This document shows positions 41,032 to 55,006 of a stretch of 64,000 nucleotides of DNA, in pieces; position 1 is the stretch's first letter; the number at the start of each line of letters is the position of its first letter. The DNA comes from Antedon mediterranea (Eukaryota > Animalia > Echinodermata). The notes beneath the pieces were generated by a model. It saw nothing but the letters and a program-made list of their open reading frames with translations, searched no databases and was not told the DNA's origin. Position numbers and translations under genes: made by a program. Location of the stretch: assembly GCF_964355755.1 (NCBI RefSeq), contig NC_092678.1:14348371-14412370 (forward strand). The letters are read 5' to 3'.

Positions 41032-44000
41032 TCAAACATTATAAAAACCTTTTCTGTTGTTTACCTTTCTGAAAAAGTATGATAAGTAGGCCTATATACA
41101 GCTTCACAGTGGAATTATATTTTAATCAAATAATATTAAGAAGAAGATGCAACAGTATTATTAGGCCTATTCGTCGAAGATATTGGCGAAATAAGTAACT
41201 TGTTATTTTCGGTATGTGGTAATGTAAAGTTATTTTGGTTTTAGAAAATACAATAGGCCAATGGTTATAAAAAAAAAATACTTTAAATTACTTGATTTCA
41301 TTAATGACCGTGGTATAACATAATATCGTATGAAAGAATGTCCAAAGAAAGTATAAAACAAAATGATATAGTATTTTATTTTTTATTTCCATTTGATATC
41401 CAGCCACTGATTCCCATAGCATAAATACAATAAATATTATGTACCTATTCAAGAACGAAAAGAAATCTGCACAATATTGAAAAAATAATAGCTTTAAGTA
41501 ATGTGATTTTCCAAATGGAATGTAATCAATCAAATGAATTAAATCAAAAAATATTATTCAAAATTACTTTTAACAAGAATTATTTTCTTTTATCTGCAAA
41601 TTGATAAAAATAGACTGTCTACAGTAGTCATTGCCTCCAAAACAGATCACAATATGCAACGAAAACGTGTATAAGCACGTTACTATAAAAGTACAATATA
41701 AAAATGAATGAAAATGAATTATATGAAGGTAAGTAGGAAAGGGGGTAAAACATTATAGTTTCCTGAAAAAACTTCACAGCAATAAAGTGTTTAGTTCACA
41801 TTCATTTAGACTAGACAAAAAGTAGTGAGCCCTCTAGCGGTCATTTGTGATTTCTGAGATTCATCGAAGCGCGACAACATCACCCGGAAATGATGTGAAT
41901 TTAAAATGTTAATAGGGTTAAACTCTTTTAACCAATTGAAAGCCTTAAATTATAGTTCCTTATGAATAATTCATGACAATAATTAAAGCAAGGGTTGAAG
42001 AAGCATGTAACTTGGTTTTTGGAACAGGATAGCAGTTATGATCGTGTCAGGTAATCATTGAATTTGCTCTTCTTTTTGTTAGTTTTATACGGTTTTTATC
42101 AATAATAATATTGTACATTTTTACGAGACCATAAAAAAATTTCTCAATTTTTGAGTAAACGAGTGACTAAATAAAAAGTTACTATGTAATGTAAATATTC
42201 GTTTGACAAAAAATGGGGATGTTGATATTTTCAGGTATTTTTTAAATGGCGATTGAAATAGGTAAACAAATCACATGTATAACGGTGGTTTGTGCGAAGC
42301 TGGGCCTAGCCTTGATGGTCCAACGCGTACTGTGTGTTAATCAATGCGTATAGATACACACGTAGTCGTTTAGGCCAGTTTTTTACATGTTTATTTATTA
42401 ATATTAGGCCCCATTCTCATTTATTTTAATTAATGTACTGAATGTACCACACTTTACAACTCTATATAAATTAGATTTTGTACATGTATTAAATTCAAAC
42501 GTTTTATGGGATTTAAAACATTAAGCTAGGCCTTGTAGTAGGCCTAGGACCACATGTTAGGTTTTTCAGCCTAATTTATCATGCAGTATACCTCTAGCCC
42601 ATCTTTCAAATACATATTTAAATTAAGATACTTTTTATATTTCTATATTTTTTATAGGATCTGACTCCAGAAAACATTTGCATCACTTGAAAGCGGCTAT
42701 TTATGGACAGCATGTTGACATTCAAAAAAATTTGACCAGCTCTTATTAATTAAATGTCTTTTAAATTAAAGGTTTTCATTATAATGAAATGTACGGTGAC
42801 AGAAATTTAAATGATTCTCATAATTGAGGTTTCTCATAGATTTAATATTGAAGGTAAATAAATAAAGCTGTTTGTTATTCTTGCCTTTAGAAATAAACAT
42901 GTTGTTTAGTACTATATTATTAGGCCTAGGCCATTATACAAATTAAAACTAAAAAATACAATAATCATATTTAAGGCCTACACAGCAGTACCTTACTTGA
43001 TTTGATTTTTTTCAAATATTTAATTGATGAAATAAATGAGTTTGACTTTTCAATTAGTTGCCATTTTATTAGTTTCTGTGTGTTTTTATTTATATTCTTA
43101 AAATAATTGTATACAACAACTTTAAAGTATTGCGAAGAAGTGATCAAATTATAGTAGGCCTATTTGTATGTTATTGTCGCTTAAAATTATGCAGTTAAAG
43201 TATTTGATTTTAGGGTGACAGAAACGGTTAGGCAAGAAAAGAAATAAATTTGGGAATTTTGTTATGCGGTAAAAACAATTAAACATAATTTACCCCTAAT
43301 GCATGTAAATGTAGAAAACATTGTTTATGTTAGCGCGACCGAAACTCGCTACTGGGAATAGAGCCTGCAAAAGCGACGCGTACACACCTACTCGGGCACC
43401 GGCGGAGCGCGATCGATAGTAAATATACCCGATTTCAAATGATCATAAAATTCTTTTAAAAAATATCAACATTTTGATTTTTTGAGGATTAAAAGTAAAG
43501 ATATTGAAATTTAACATGCTATTTACAAATATGTATTTAAAAATTCGGAAACAATTTTAGCGTGATATTAAAACAAACTTTTTAGAGTTCCGCGATTTCC
43601 TACGCAGGATTTGTTTGTTTTCATTGTTAATGGGCGAATGTTACCTAAACTAGAATCGTTATAAATCTTTTAAATTTGTATTATAAGTAATTTCTTTAGT
43701 ATTCTTAGTAACATCGAATGTCTCTAATTAACTAGCAGTTATTTATACTAACTATTGTTCAATAATAAGCGTGTATGAAGTGAAAATCTATAGTAATAAT
43801 GTTCTTAGTCAGTTCGTCTCGCTCGCGTGAAGTCTTCGGGTTTCTCAATACAATTCTCAGCGGTAAGATAGGCTTGCGCTAATGTTTAAATCAAAAGCGC
43901 TCTCAAAACACTTTTTGTCCAAAATTCGCAATATGACGTGAGTGTGAGTTGGGTCAACGGTGTATATCTGTAATTCTGTATGTGATATATATTGTAAGTC

Positions 44001-44999
44001 ACATTTTCCAATAATTATTTTAAAAAAAACTCCAAACAACAAGCCAGAATTGATTGTGTTTGTATAATCTTAATCTTGAGTTAAAGTTGCAACAGCAACT
44101 AAGTTAGAATTGAAATGGGAAGGATTCCATACTGCATGTCTGTTTTTTTTTTCGATTTTTGTGAAATTTGTCCATAATGTGAATTTCAGTAGTGAAGTAC
44201 GCATGTGTTTTTTATTATCAAAGGAGTTTATTTACCTTTCGAAGTGAGGATTTTCTCTGTGTAACTAGGGCAGAGTTAATTGTAATTTAACTCTTCGCTG
44301 GTGTAACAACTTTATTTGTCTTTTACACTTTGGGTTATTTGATTTTAGGGTTATTTTAACCATCCTTTTATTAATAATGGTTATTTTTAATCAGTTCTCT
44401 GCGAATTGCAAAACACAAACTTAATTTCTAGTTCTGTTCCCTAAATGAATGCCAATACGTGACGAATATGTATATACAGTAATAATATATTATTGAAATA
44501 ATCCAATACCGGAAATGAGTATATAAAACATATGCTATGACACTGGTATATCTTTTCAAAGATAAAAATATAATGTGTAGTTGATGTTATGTTATGTATA
44601 TTCAGAAATCGCCAACTTTGTCACTGAGTATCATTATCTATAAAGACACAATACACACACTTTTGTAGAAAGTATTGTCCTTGATACTTTTTTGTATACA
44701 TAGCTTTCTAAAACAGAATAATCAGAATCAGAATAGCCTTGTGTAATATACAAGTATTTCTTCATAATTCCGTAACATGTGTTCTACATCTATTATGTCG
44801 CCATCTTGTTAACAAGTCTAGAGGGCGTGCTATCATAGTCCATCATATTATGTGTATTTTTCTTTTAAAAAAACAGTTATTTCTTTATTTTTAATGTATA
44901 CAACTAACCAAGAGGTGATTCAACTTATTAAAATAAATATAAACCAATTAACATTAACGATATTAACACATAACTTCTAAAATAGATATAGGCCTAAAA

Positions 45000-45596
45000 G
45001 AGAGAAAAAGATCTATGTATGAATCTTGTGAATGTATTTTTATTGAAATAACTGAAAACAAATGTCACAATACAATTGTTGGTATCATATACAGACCTCC
45101 AGATTCGAATAGACCTTTTTAATAGATCACTAGACGATATTCTCAATACTGTCGAGGGAAAATCATGCCACATGATGGGTGATTTTACGTTAATACTTAA
45201 GCACGCATTGACCAATTTCAAGACCCACTAGAATACATAACAACACATTTGTTATATCTTGATACCATGTCTACTTCCAGAGATATCTATATTTTTGGCT
45301 GTTTTGAGAAAAATGCTTTTAAAGTTAACAGGAAAATACAAAAAAATAAACAGGTCATTTCAGTTTACGCCATAGCAAAAGGGTATTCTAATTGTTTTTA
45401 TTTTAGTTTAACATTGGTTAATTACCTATTGTTCTATTATTATGCAAAATTGTCATTAACACTTCCAATTTAAGCATAGCACATGACAGGTTTTATGAAA
45501 ATCATACATAATGTACACCATCTTTTTGACCAACATACCACACAAAATGTTAAAATGTATTTATTTATTTGTTGTCTAAAAATAGAAAAACACCAA
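45000..45596 (+). mobile_element. Decayed LINE endonuclease fragment (left half of the Academ host)
   Basis: TIVGIIYRPP (45068), MMGDF (45172). It continues after the transposon at about 52500-52950 (VDW..VY..NDAYNAFINTF, QWMS). Confidence 0.65.
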
Positions 45597-48500
45597 TAGG
45601 CCATCAGCTGTAACTCAAAAAGTGGCTAGAAAATGACTTTCGTTCCAGTAACGGCGGCACTACTTTTTGAAAGCAAATACTGATAATTTAACCCTTTATA
45701 CATGTTATGTTAAAGTTTCTTCAAAAAATATGCTGCTGTTTTTTGTCAGGAGTGATTTAAACTCGTGATGGTACCATAAAAAAGGCCTATTTTGAGGTCT
45801 GAGCCCATGTTTGGGTAGCTGTAACTTTATTTATAAATACCTTTAGCATTTGAAATTTTTAACACGTATTCCAAACACAGTTTATATCACAAATCCAAAA
45901 TTTTAAATTTCAAATGTAAAAATCCTTAAAATAACAGTAACTGAAAAAGTGCGAGTTGTTAGACGTTCTGCCGTGAATGTTTACATCGAGTAAATGGCGT
46001 CGCGAGGCAAATTGTATGATACGGTGCTGCCGCCGTTGGCTTATTACTAGATTACAGCAATATAAAAAACGAACGAATCGGTTAATTGTATATACATTAT
46101 AAACATATTGTTATGTACTAAATATAAACAGTTGGTTTAGTTTAAAAAAATGAAAAATTATAAGAAACAAAGAAAATTGTGATTTTTTTTTTGGTCGGTT
46201 GCAGTGGCCTTCCATACATTTGATGACGCCCTCTATTGACATTTTCCTACAAAACTTTTAAGTTCTCATTATACAGTAATGTTATACAGTAACAGACGTT
46301 GAAAGTAGTTGTAATAAAAACATTTCCTATAAATACATAAAATGATTGATTTTGTTGTTGTTAAAACCATATTTGCATTCGTTGTTTTACATTTAAAAAA
46401 AGTAATTTACATATATAAAGTAAGTAACAAAATGGCAGTATAAAGACGATAAAAATTGATTAAAAATGTACTTTTGACAGTTTTCATTATTCTATAAAGC
46501 TCGTTTTTTGTGTTCATGTTCGGGTAGAGAGGCTATAAACTCAGGGGAGGAATATAAAATACCCTCCCTTTTCACCAAGACAAAAATGAATGAGATGAGT
46601 AAGAAGAATGCAAGAGTTTGAAAAATAAGATATTTAGAATGGATAGCATGGAATGATCTATTTAATGAAAACCGTAAGGTTAGAGTCCATACACTGTGCA
46701 AGTCCAAGCTCCTTATATCTTGGCTCTGTGTGTATGTGAGACGCTTCATACCCGGATGTAAAACTTATAATATTTATAATGTAACTGTTTTTCTTCATAG
46801 ATCATAATATTCTAGATCATCATCCGACTCGTCATCACTAATATTATAATCTTCATTATCATTCATTGAATCGGTAGGGGGTGTTTTTATGTTTTGGCAG
46901 TTTTTACATTTACATAAGTCTGTACATGGTAGTCCAGATTTCAAACAGGAACATCTTCCTTTTTCACAATTTCCCACTTTACAACTACAGTGAATTGACT
47001 GTAATAGGACCTTAGGAGCTGGTGGATTTGTTATCCATGTGATTGCAAGCTGTTTGTCCTTCATTTGCCATCCATGTCCAACTGGAGACGGGGCATGGAT
47101 ACATTGTTGGAATGATCGCCTATGGATTGCAGCCTGATAATTACAGCGTTTACAATGCTGGATGAGAGCGTCCCTTGTTGGTGGTAGACTTTGTTCTGTA
47201 GCTGAGGATGACAGACAGAAAACTTTGTATCTTGTGTCATTAATACTCGTAGAAGCTTGTCCATAGAGCATACACACAAACGACTCAAGTGTGTCGATAA
47301 TCTCCTGCTTGAGAGTAAATTCTCTGCCAATGTCTCTAAAGGCTTCTATATATTCTTCATTTTCTAAAGCAAGTGCCAGTGTTTTTTTTTCCCTTTGCCA
47401 TAAAAGGCACTTGTAGTGTCAGAGCCAGTAAACACATGTAGGCCAATTAACGCTTCGCAAATGCTTGGATTGAATACAGATCCAATTTCCTCTAAATCTA
47501 TAATCCGAGAGTTCTTTCCAGTACCTGTCATAAAATAAAGATGAGCAGGTAAACTATCCATTAGAGAAAGTGCTATGATGTTGACATCTGTGTCTGGGCT
47601 TCTTATAACTATGTTGATGTGGCTTTTAGCAGCATGTTTAGCATGAAGAAATAAACGGGTATCTGCCTCTTCATGGTCGCATGTTAGCTCCTCACATTGC
47701 GTTACTGTATAGGAACCGTCTTCAAAATAAAATAAATGACATTTGTCTCCATGGGTAATGTATAATGTAATGTCAGTATTGGTCTTGCAAAACATCTCTT
47801 TCCACATCAAAAATAAACATTCAACAAGAGATTCTTTGTTGCTTCCATCCGACAAAAACTTTTTCCATTGCTTTGGAGTTTTTTGGTCCTTGTGGTGAAT
47901 CTGAACCACTTGCGATCCACTCTCGGCTCTACGTAAGCGCTCGACATTCTTGATGCTTACAGAAGGATATCTATCTGTCACAAAGTCAACCCGCGTACAC
48001 TTGTGTTTAACACCAAGAAGAATAACTTGCGATAAAATACTATCAGCTAGTTCTCCAAATGTACTGGGAACCATGGATAGAGATTGAATTAATGCCATCC
48101 CATCTATCATCATTGCACTATTTTCTGGAGGTTGTTCAACTAGACATTTATCGGATTTTGTTTCAATTGCATGCATAAGTGCAGCTTTGTTTGTTTTAGC
48201 CAGTGTTCCATTAAGATTAGCCAAAGGAAATGATACGTTACCCAAGGAGTATTTCAAAATCTCAGGAAGGTCGATGTTCCGCGTTTGTCCAGCAATTAAT
48301 AGGCGAGCAAATAATTTTCTGGCATTTTGAGAGCTTTCTTTTCCACTTTTATTTGTTTTAACGTTTGCATTCTCTGTAAACGTCTTCAGTTTTAAACTTT
48401 TAATGGGTGAGTGTATATCAACTTCATTGTCAATCAGTCGTTGACTAAAATAGGTATCAGCTGCCTTTTCGCCTTGATCTAGGGCACTGCTAAGATCATT

Positions 48501-51500
48501 CCTCACTGTATCAGTGGCCACAACTCCTGAACTTATGCAGACTAACTCTTCATTTGAGCAACAATCAAATGGATTGACCATGCTGTCAAGGGTACTCATG
48601 ATTGCCATCACAGTTTTGTTATCTCTCTTTGTCTTTGATTCATCTAACTCTTTTGGAGTTCTGTCAACAGCATGCAGTCCTACCATATCTTCACACTGTC
48701 TTGTAATAGCGGCTCGCTGCGGTTGTGACAGGATCCACCTGTGAACAGCACCACGATTGAGTGTGTAAGTGCTTATTCCACCTCTCGTTTTTGAATCGCG
48801 GTTAGAGGTTTGTTCAATTGTTTGGTCACATGCAATGGATGCAAATGGGTGTCGATCTTGCCGCTGCACTGTCCATTCTCCAGCTGTTATTAATTCTTTG
48901 TGGCACTCTGGGTGTGTTGTGGGCAAATTTAGCATTTCCAACCAATAAGCTGGAAGGTATCGGGAATAGTTCATTCTATCGTATGAAAAGAACCATGGTA
49001 TCATACAGCGAATAGCAGATAAATGTAGCATCCAGTTTGACTCTCGAGTTGCCCTGATAAATGTCAAAAGCAATTGAACCATATCAATATACGAGTTCCA
49101 TAGTGAAAAAGTAGCATTTAATTCTCCTTGCTTGGTGATGAAGTTGTCATATTCTGTCTGGAATACAGTTAGCTCTTCAGAACATAAAATATCATTTAAT
49201 GAATCTGAAGAGAATGCTTCGTTGACCCAAAAAATAACTGTTGCATACTTATCTCTTTCATTAGTGGGCAAAGATTCAAGAAACATGGTTAACCTTATCC
49301 GCTGAAGGGCTTCATACACAAGCTTGTGTGATCTTACTCCTCTATTGTAATGGTGGCCACTTAGCACACCATTAATTGAGCCTGGTGCAATAACTTCAGC
49401 CTCTATAAGTAAATCTTGTAGTCCTGCATCTTTAAATCTTCTGCCAATCACCCCCATAAATGACATGCAGGTGTGCAATTCTCCTAATCGAACAACAGTA
49501 CGCTGCATATATACATCATTCTTCCATCTTATTTCTTGCACCTTTGCATATATTGCTTGGTCGAATACTAGAACAACATGCTCTAGCTCAAGACGATCTG
49601 TTATAGCAATGCTTTTTTCCATAATGGTTTTCACAGTTGACATTTGTGTTGGTGAGGCCTCAATTACTGGCAGATAATGAATTGCTGTCTTTTTCAGGGA
49701 CATTTCACCTTGTAACATTATGTTAAAACCTGTCCAACCAGGAACTGTGCCAGGTTCATTTTCTCCAAACTTTCCACAAATAAATACCAATTCTGTTTTT
49801 AGGGCTGGAATGAGTGATACTTGAAAAGGCTTTTTTTCAAGTTGTGCCTGCTGACCAAACTTTTGCGGACCTTGTCTTTTTGTTCGATGATATGGATTTA
49901 TTATCGAAACTGGAGGCTTTAGTGAACGACTGCCTTTTTTTATAGTTACTTTGTGTAGGCTTGTGTTTGAGGAACAGATGTTCCTTTGCAACATTATTCC
50001 ATTTGTGTGGTGGGTTGTTCCATGACCCGAAAGGGTCTCTTCTCCGAAATCAATATTGTCCCACACAAGAGTTGTTGGTACATGCTTAGCAAACCCACTT
50101 GGAATTTCATTTACAGTTAATAGCTGAAGTTTTGCTATACTTGTTTCCATGTCGATAATGGTTTCCCATGAAGCACAGTGTCCATATTTATTCAACAGAT
50201 TCAAAACTTGGGATGAACCAGTCAAGTGTCGTATTGTCAATCCAAGTCCAAGAGACTTCGGAGTTTGCTTTTTACCGTTTGATGTTAAATAAACAATGTC
50301 CTGGCAAATGGATAAAATGTTAACATGGGTCTCAGGAGATACATCAACATAAGTTGCCATGTTTGGTTCAAATGTGGCCCCAATGCACCATGCAATTAAG
50401 TTGTAAAGGTGAAATGGAATCATCTTTATTGCTTCCTTCAAATTTATATCGTCTGATGTTGGAGGCCAATTACAACTCATAGCAGGTGAATCTTTTATTT
50501 CGTTGTGTACAATTGTACCTGCATTAAAAACAGTTCTAACCTTTTCTAGACCTATTTCATGATGTATTGCTGGAATGGTGTTTTCAATTTCTATTTCAGA
50601 GCTAGATTCACCAGTTGTTGAAGACTCCTCTTCAGATGACTTGATACGATCTAACACACTTCCAGTTGAAAGTTCCTCTGTAAATACCATCTCACATTGG
50701 TTTTTACGAAAGGGCTTGTGGAAGCACAATTGCGGAAAGTCTTGCTTCATTCGTTCTTTAAGTCTATCAGATCTAAAGTAGGAATTAAATGACATTAAAA
50801 AATTGTTTCACTATGCCTAATTAATGGATACTAGGAGGACAGTATTATTTAAATCAAAATAGAATAATACTGTTCATTGACATTTAAATGCTTAATTAAA
50901 ACTTTAATTTGTTTGTATTATGTTTTTGTTCTTTAGATTATGTATTTCGTTTTTAATATGTACCTGTAATTAATCATTTCAAGCCCTTCATGCTGTTTAA
51001 CAATCTTTGTAAACAATTGTACCAATTTCCGCATCCTTAAAATGTCTTGATTTTTTATGAGACGCTCCTGAATGACTGTTTGCTTGAAAACTTGATATGA
51101 TGCATCATACTCTGGTTTTAGTGAAGCAACCGTTCTAAAAAAAATAGATAATACACTTTAAAAATGCAATAGTCGTGTAGTGAGACAGTCTCTTGATCAT
51201 AAGGTTGCTGTCCACTTGGGGTGTTTATTTAATACTATGTATAGCACAACTATAAATGGTAATAATGTACAGTACTTACTTATGACTACCTGTCCTCCTT
51301 GACAGAAATCTAGTATAATGCCTGTAGCAAGAACGATGGTAGCGAACTTCTAATGCTACACAGTCCTTGTCCCGTATGTGTATCAACACATTTTCATCAG
51401 TTTTAGCTTCTGCAGCTTGGCGTAAAAGTCCTTAAGATACAAATAAAGACAAATAAAGTAAAATAAGAATTACTTAATGCATAACAATTCTGTCAGCATT

Positions 51501-52496
51501 TTATCATTATTTTATTCTAAAAACTGTATTATCCCAAACTGGGAATTCACAACAGTGCAACATACTGTAATGCTATTATGTATCGAAGTCACCTAAAAAC
51601 AATCAATGGTGTCACATACCTCCATCTTTGGTTTCTGCTAGACACAGTTTGTCCTTCTTGCGTTTATGATAGACTGTTATGTAGCAATCAACCTTGTTGC
51701 AAATTATGCAAACAGCTGGTAAGACTGAGCGACTAGGCCTAGATGATGACGACCTTGGATAAGGCACCCTGCTGGTGATGGACGAGGCCAGTACCGAAGA
51801 TGATCGTAGTTTTTTCGTTGTTGTTGGATACAAGCCTTCATCGCTACTACCTTTACTACTTTCACTACTAGAACTAGAAATCTTATTTTCACATCTTTTA
51901 ACAGCTTTAACAATTCGTGTGTTGTCAATAAACCTTCGGTAGCATGTTGGGTGAAACCCTTCATTATGTAGGCCTTCAAAACTACCTTCAAATAGATGAC
52001 GCGAGGCTTCGGCTAGGATACGGTCATAACCATCCAATTTTTGCCATTTACTGGCACATTCTGTTACCCTTTTCCATCGTACATTTGTAAATGGGCTTAC
52101 CTTTTCTGATACAACGGATTCTAAATGTATAATACACTTAAATTCTGTCGAATGTTTGCGTTTTTTTTTCTTTGTCTGCTCGCATGCTTCGTCCATGTTG
52201 ACAGCTAAGTGTGTTATGGTTAAAGTAGATGAAGCGTGACGGACAATCTTAATTGTTATTGGTTGAATGCAATCACGTGACCTAAAAACCACGTCGGCGT
52301 ATGAAAATTCGTTAATGTGTTTTGAAAAAAATAGTCCGAATTTTATATTACAATTACGCAAAAACTGCAGAATATCATAAAAAGAACTTTTATATTTTAT
52401 TTAACTATTTTATTTACAATATGTTTCAAGTGAAATTATGTAGTGCCATTTCCACTGGAACGGGATGAAACAATACAGGCTACAGCTGATGGCCTA
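45597..52496 (-). mobile_element. Academ (AcademX-type) DNA transposon, full length, 6.9 kb
   Basis: 16-bp perfect TIR taggccatcagctgta/tacagctgatggccta plus the sub-terminal match cgttccagt..ggcactac. 3-bp TSD CAA at 45594-96 and 52497-99. Encodes a DDE + XPG/FEN1-like + Cys-rich protein. Confidence 0.85.
46795..52196 (-). CDS. Academ transposase (about 1625 aa, 4 exons, one frameshift at an A9 run)
   Basis: Exons 52196-51620, 51430-51280, 51134-50964, 50772-46795, all GT-AG and in phase. Motifs: FHPTCY, YHRSCY, WDNID, VFDQAIY, LGELH, DQTIEQ, IDGMA, HEEADTR, SPDTDV, FTGSDTTSAFYGKGK, and C-terminal CSCKVGNCEKGRCSCLKSGLPCTDLCKCKNC. Confidence 0.88.
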
Positions 52497-54454
52497 CAAG
52501 GCAATGTAAATAAATACTGTTTCAGCTAAAAAAAAATGTAATTTTGTCAGCCTTTTATTGTTTTTGGCTGTCTCTAAAAATCTAAAAATGCGAATTATGT
52601 CCGATGTGGCACATTTTCTCCAATATTCTTTCTCATCAAATAATATCAGCGCAAAAACCGGTAAAATAGAATCTTATAAATATGCAATAAACGAACGAAA
52701 TATAACTACATGATGACTTAATACCTGTTGATTGGGTTGATGTCTATGCAAGGACTAATCATAATGATGCTTACAACGCATTTATTAACACTTTCAAAGA
52801 ATTATATACTAACAAAAATAAAACGCAAAACCACCAGAAAATTACAAACAGTTCAAACAACAATGGATGAGCTCAAGACTATTACCTGTAAAGTCTATCA
52901 AAAGAAAACATGTGTTGTACAGAAATGTATAATCCATCCCTAGTCTAAAAATAAGGATACGTATAAAGAGTTTAATAAGTCATTTATGTTCACATGTAAA
53001 AATGCAAAGAAATGATACACAGCTGTTCCAGAAATATGAATTAAGTGCAGCGCCCCCAACGTTTCATAGCGTTTTATGGAGTAGCGATTCCGAAAACATA
53101 TTGTATACAAACCACATGAGGAAACCCGGAAGCAATCAAGCATAAAACGACTGTTTTTTAATAGCCAATAAAAACAAATAAAGACCGCGAAAGTCAGAAA
53201 AATAATGAATATTCATTGGAACAACCCTGGATGAAGGTGAAAAACATGTTGTCGTCGTTTTATCACGTGGATTTTAAGAGGTAATGTAATTGAAAAATGT
53301 ACACCCAACGCCTGTTTTTTTCTCAAGCGATACATTTAAAAAAGTAGGTATAAATGTTGTTTTCCATATCAGTTTAAAAATAATTTTTTCTGTTGAATTC
53401 TTTGATTTAGTTGGATACTTTAGTTATCCTTGAATGTTTTAACAAGGATCGTATTCATATTGCCTGGCTGGATTTTTTTCTATGCTAGCTTATAATAGGC
53501 TATGCCCAGGCTCCCTTGCGTGGTTAAAACCAGCTGTGTAAGACTAATGGCTTTTTATTTTTAACACGTAAACATGTATATTCGGAGGGCCTGAGTGACA
53601 GTTGACCTGTTATAAAGCTGATTAATTACTTGTTCCTGGTCCTAATTAAAAATTAGGCCTAGTCTAGGCCTAAGCTTTTTTAATAATCATTCATATTGGG
53701 AGAGAGGAGTACAGAGTAGGCCAGGTTACAGGCCTAGCTAGGCCTATACTATATAGGCTAGGCTACATCATCAGCAGGTTAAAGACTAGCAGCCTACCTA
53801 GCATGTCTTAGTCAAAGATCTGTAATATATTAATAGAAAGAAGCTATAGAGTATTGTGACATTAGATATTTAATTATAAATGCATATTTCTTTCATATTT
53901 GTATTGTATTATATATGCAATCACAATCTAAATCACTAAATAACATCAATTTCCGTTATCAATCAATAATATATATAAACCAAATTAAAATTAAATAGCT
54001 TCCAAAAAATTAAATTCAATTACAATTCATATACCATTTGTTAAATATTTTCAAAATCATTGTTCTAGCAATAACACAAAAAAAATACTACCATTCATAC
54101 AGTATACTGTACATAATAATATGCAATACTGTAACAATTAACTGAGAAATAGCAAACTATTCCTCAACTTTTCTCCACTTAGTTACCGGCCTAGTTACTT
54201 CATGCTGGATCTCAGGTGAAATAAACGTCAGATGTGACTTCATGATTTCCCACAAAACTTTTTCTATGGTACTGCTGTCGAGGAATTTATTTTTTTTAAA
54301 TACCTCGTCTATTTTTGTACATAGAGGTCCAGTTTCAAATCTCTTGGTTCATAGTAGTTCTCTATATAAAATATATAAAAGAAATATGGCATTAATTTTT
54401 ATAGTATTTGCGTGTTTTAGACATAATTTTAAAGGTGTATAATGTAAGACTGAC

Positions 54455-55006
54455 CAAGTCTTTGACCTCTTGTTCTTTTAGATTTATTCTGTGGCCAGTC
54501 TCTGCAATCTTACTATGCTGTTTTGTCACAAGTGACACTGAGAGTTCATGTCTTAAATGCTCAAGATTCTCTTCTAAAGACTGGATTTTAATCATTGTAC
54601 TTTGTAGCATGTCAATGTGCTGCAGCTTCTGATTTTCTCTTTCTGCTAGATGATCACCTGAGATTAAACAATATTGGTCAACCAAATAAATGTCAATCTG
54701 CATAAAAAATGAGCATCAAAATTATTATATTTTAAAAATGTTAACAACTATTTCTTGTAGCAGATAATGATAATATATGGATAATTCATAGGAAAATAAG
54801 TTCCAGCCAAAGGTTTGCTTTATTATGCATAAAAATAGGATAAACAATTTTGAAATTCTATGCTCAAAGGGACAATGTATATTTAAAGAGCAACTTGACC
54901 AATTGAGTTATTATGTAATGTCAATGTAAAGTTGAAACAACATTTGAATTTACCAGTCAAGATGTCAGCATCCTGTCGCATGTTGAATATTATAGCATAT
55001 TGACAC
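54455..55006 (-). other. Two in-phase exons of a small coiled-coil ORF or gene remnant
   Basis: 55006-54954 (CQYAIIFNMRQDADILT) and 54657-54455 (GDHLAERENQKLQ...KEQEVKDL) have GT-AG ends. The flanking candidate exons contain stops. Confidence 0.35.

Noticed and set aside
47364-50795. Host FEN1/XPG or tesmin gene
   Set aside because: It is enclosed by TIRs and a TSD and fused to a DDE-type domain, so it is a transposon ORF.
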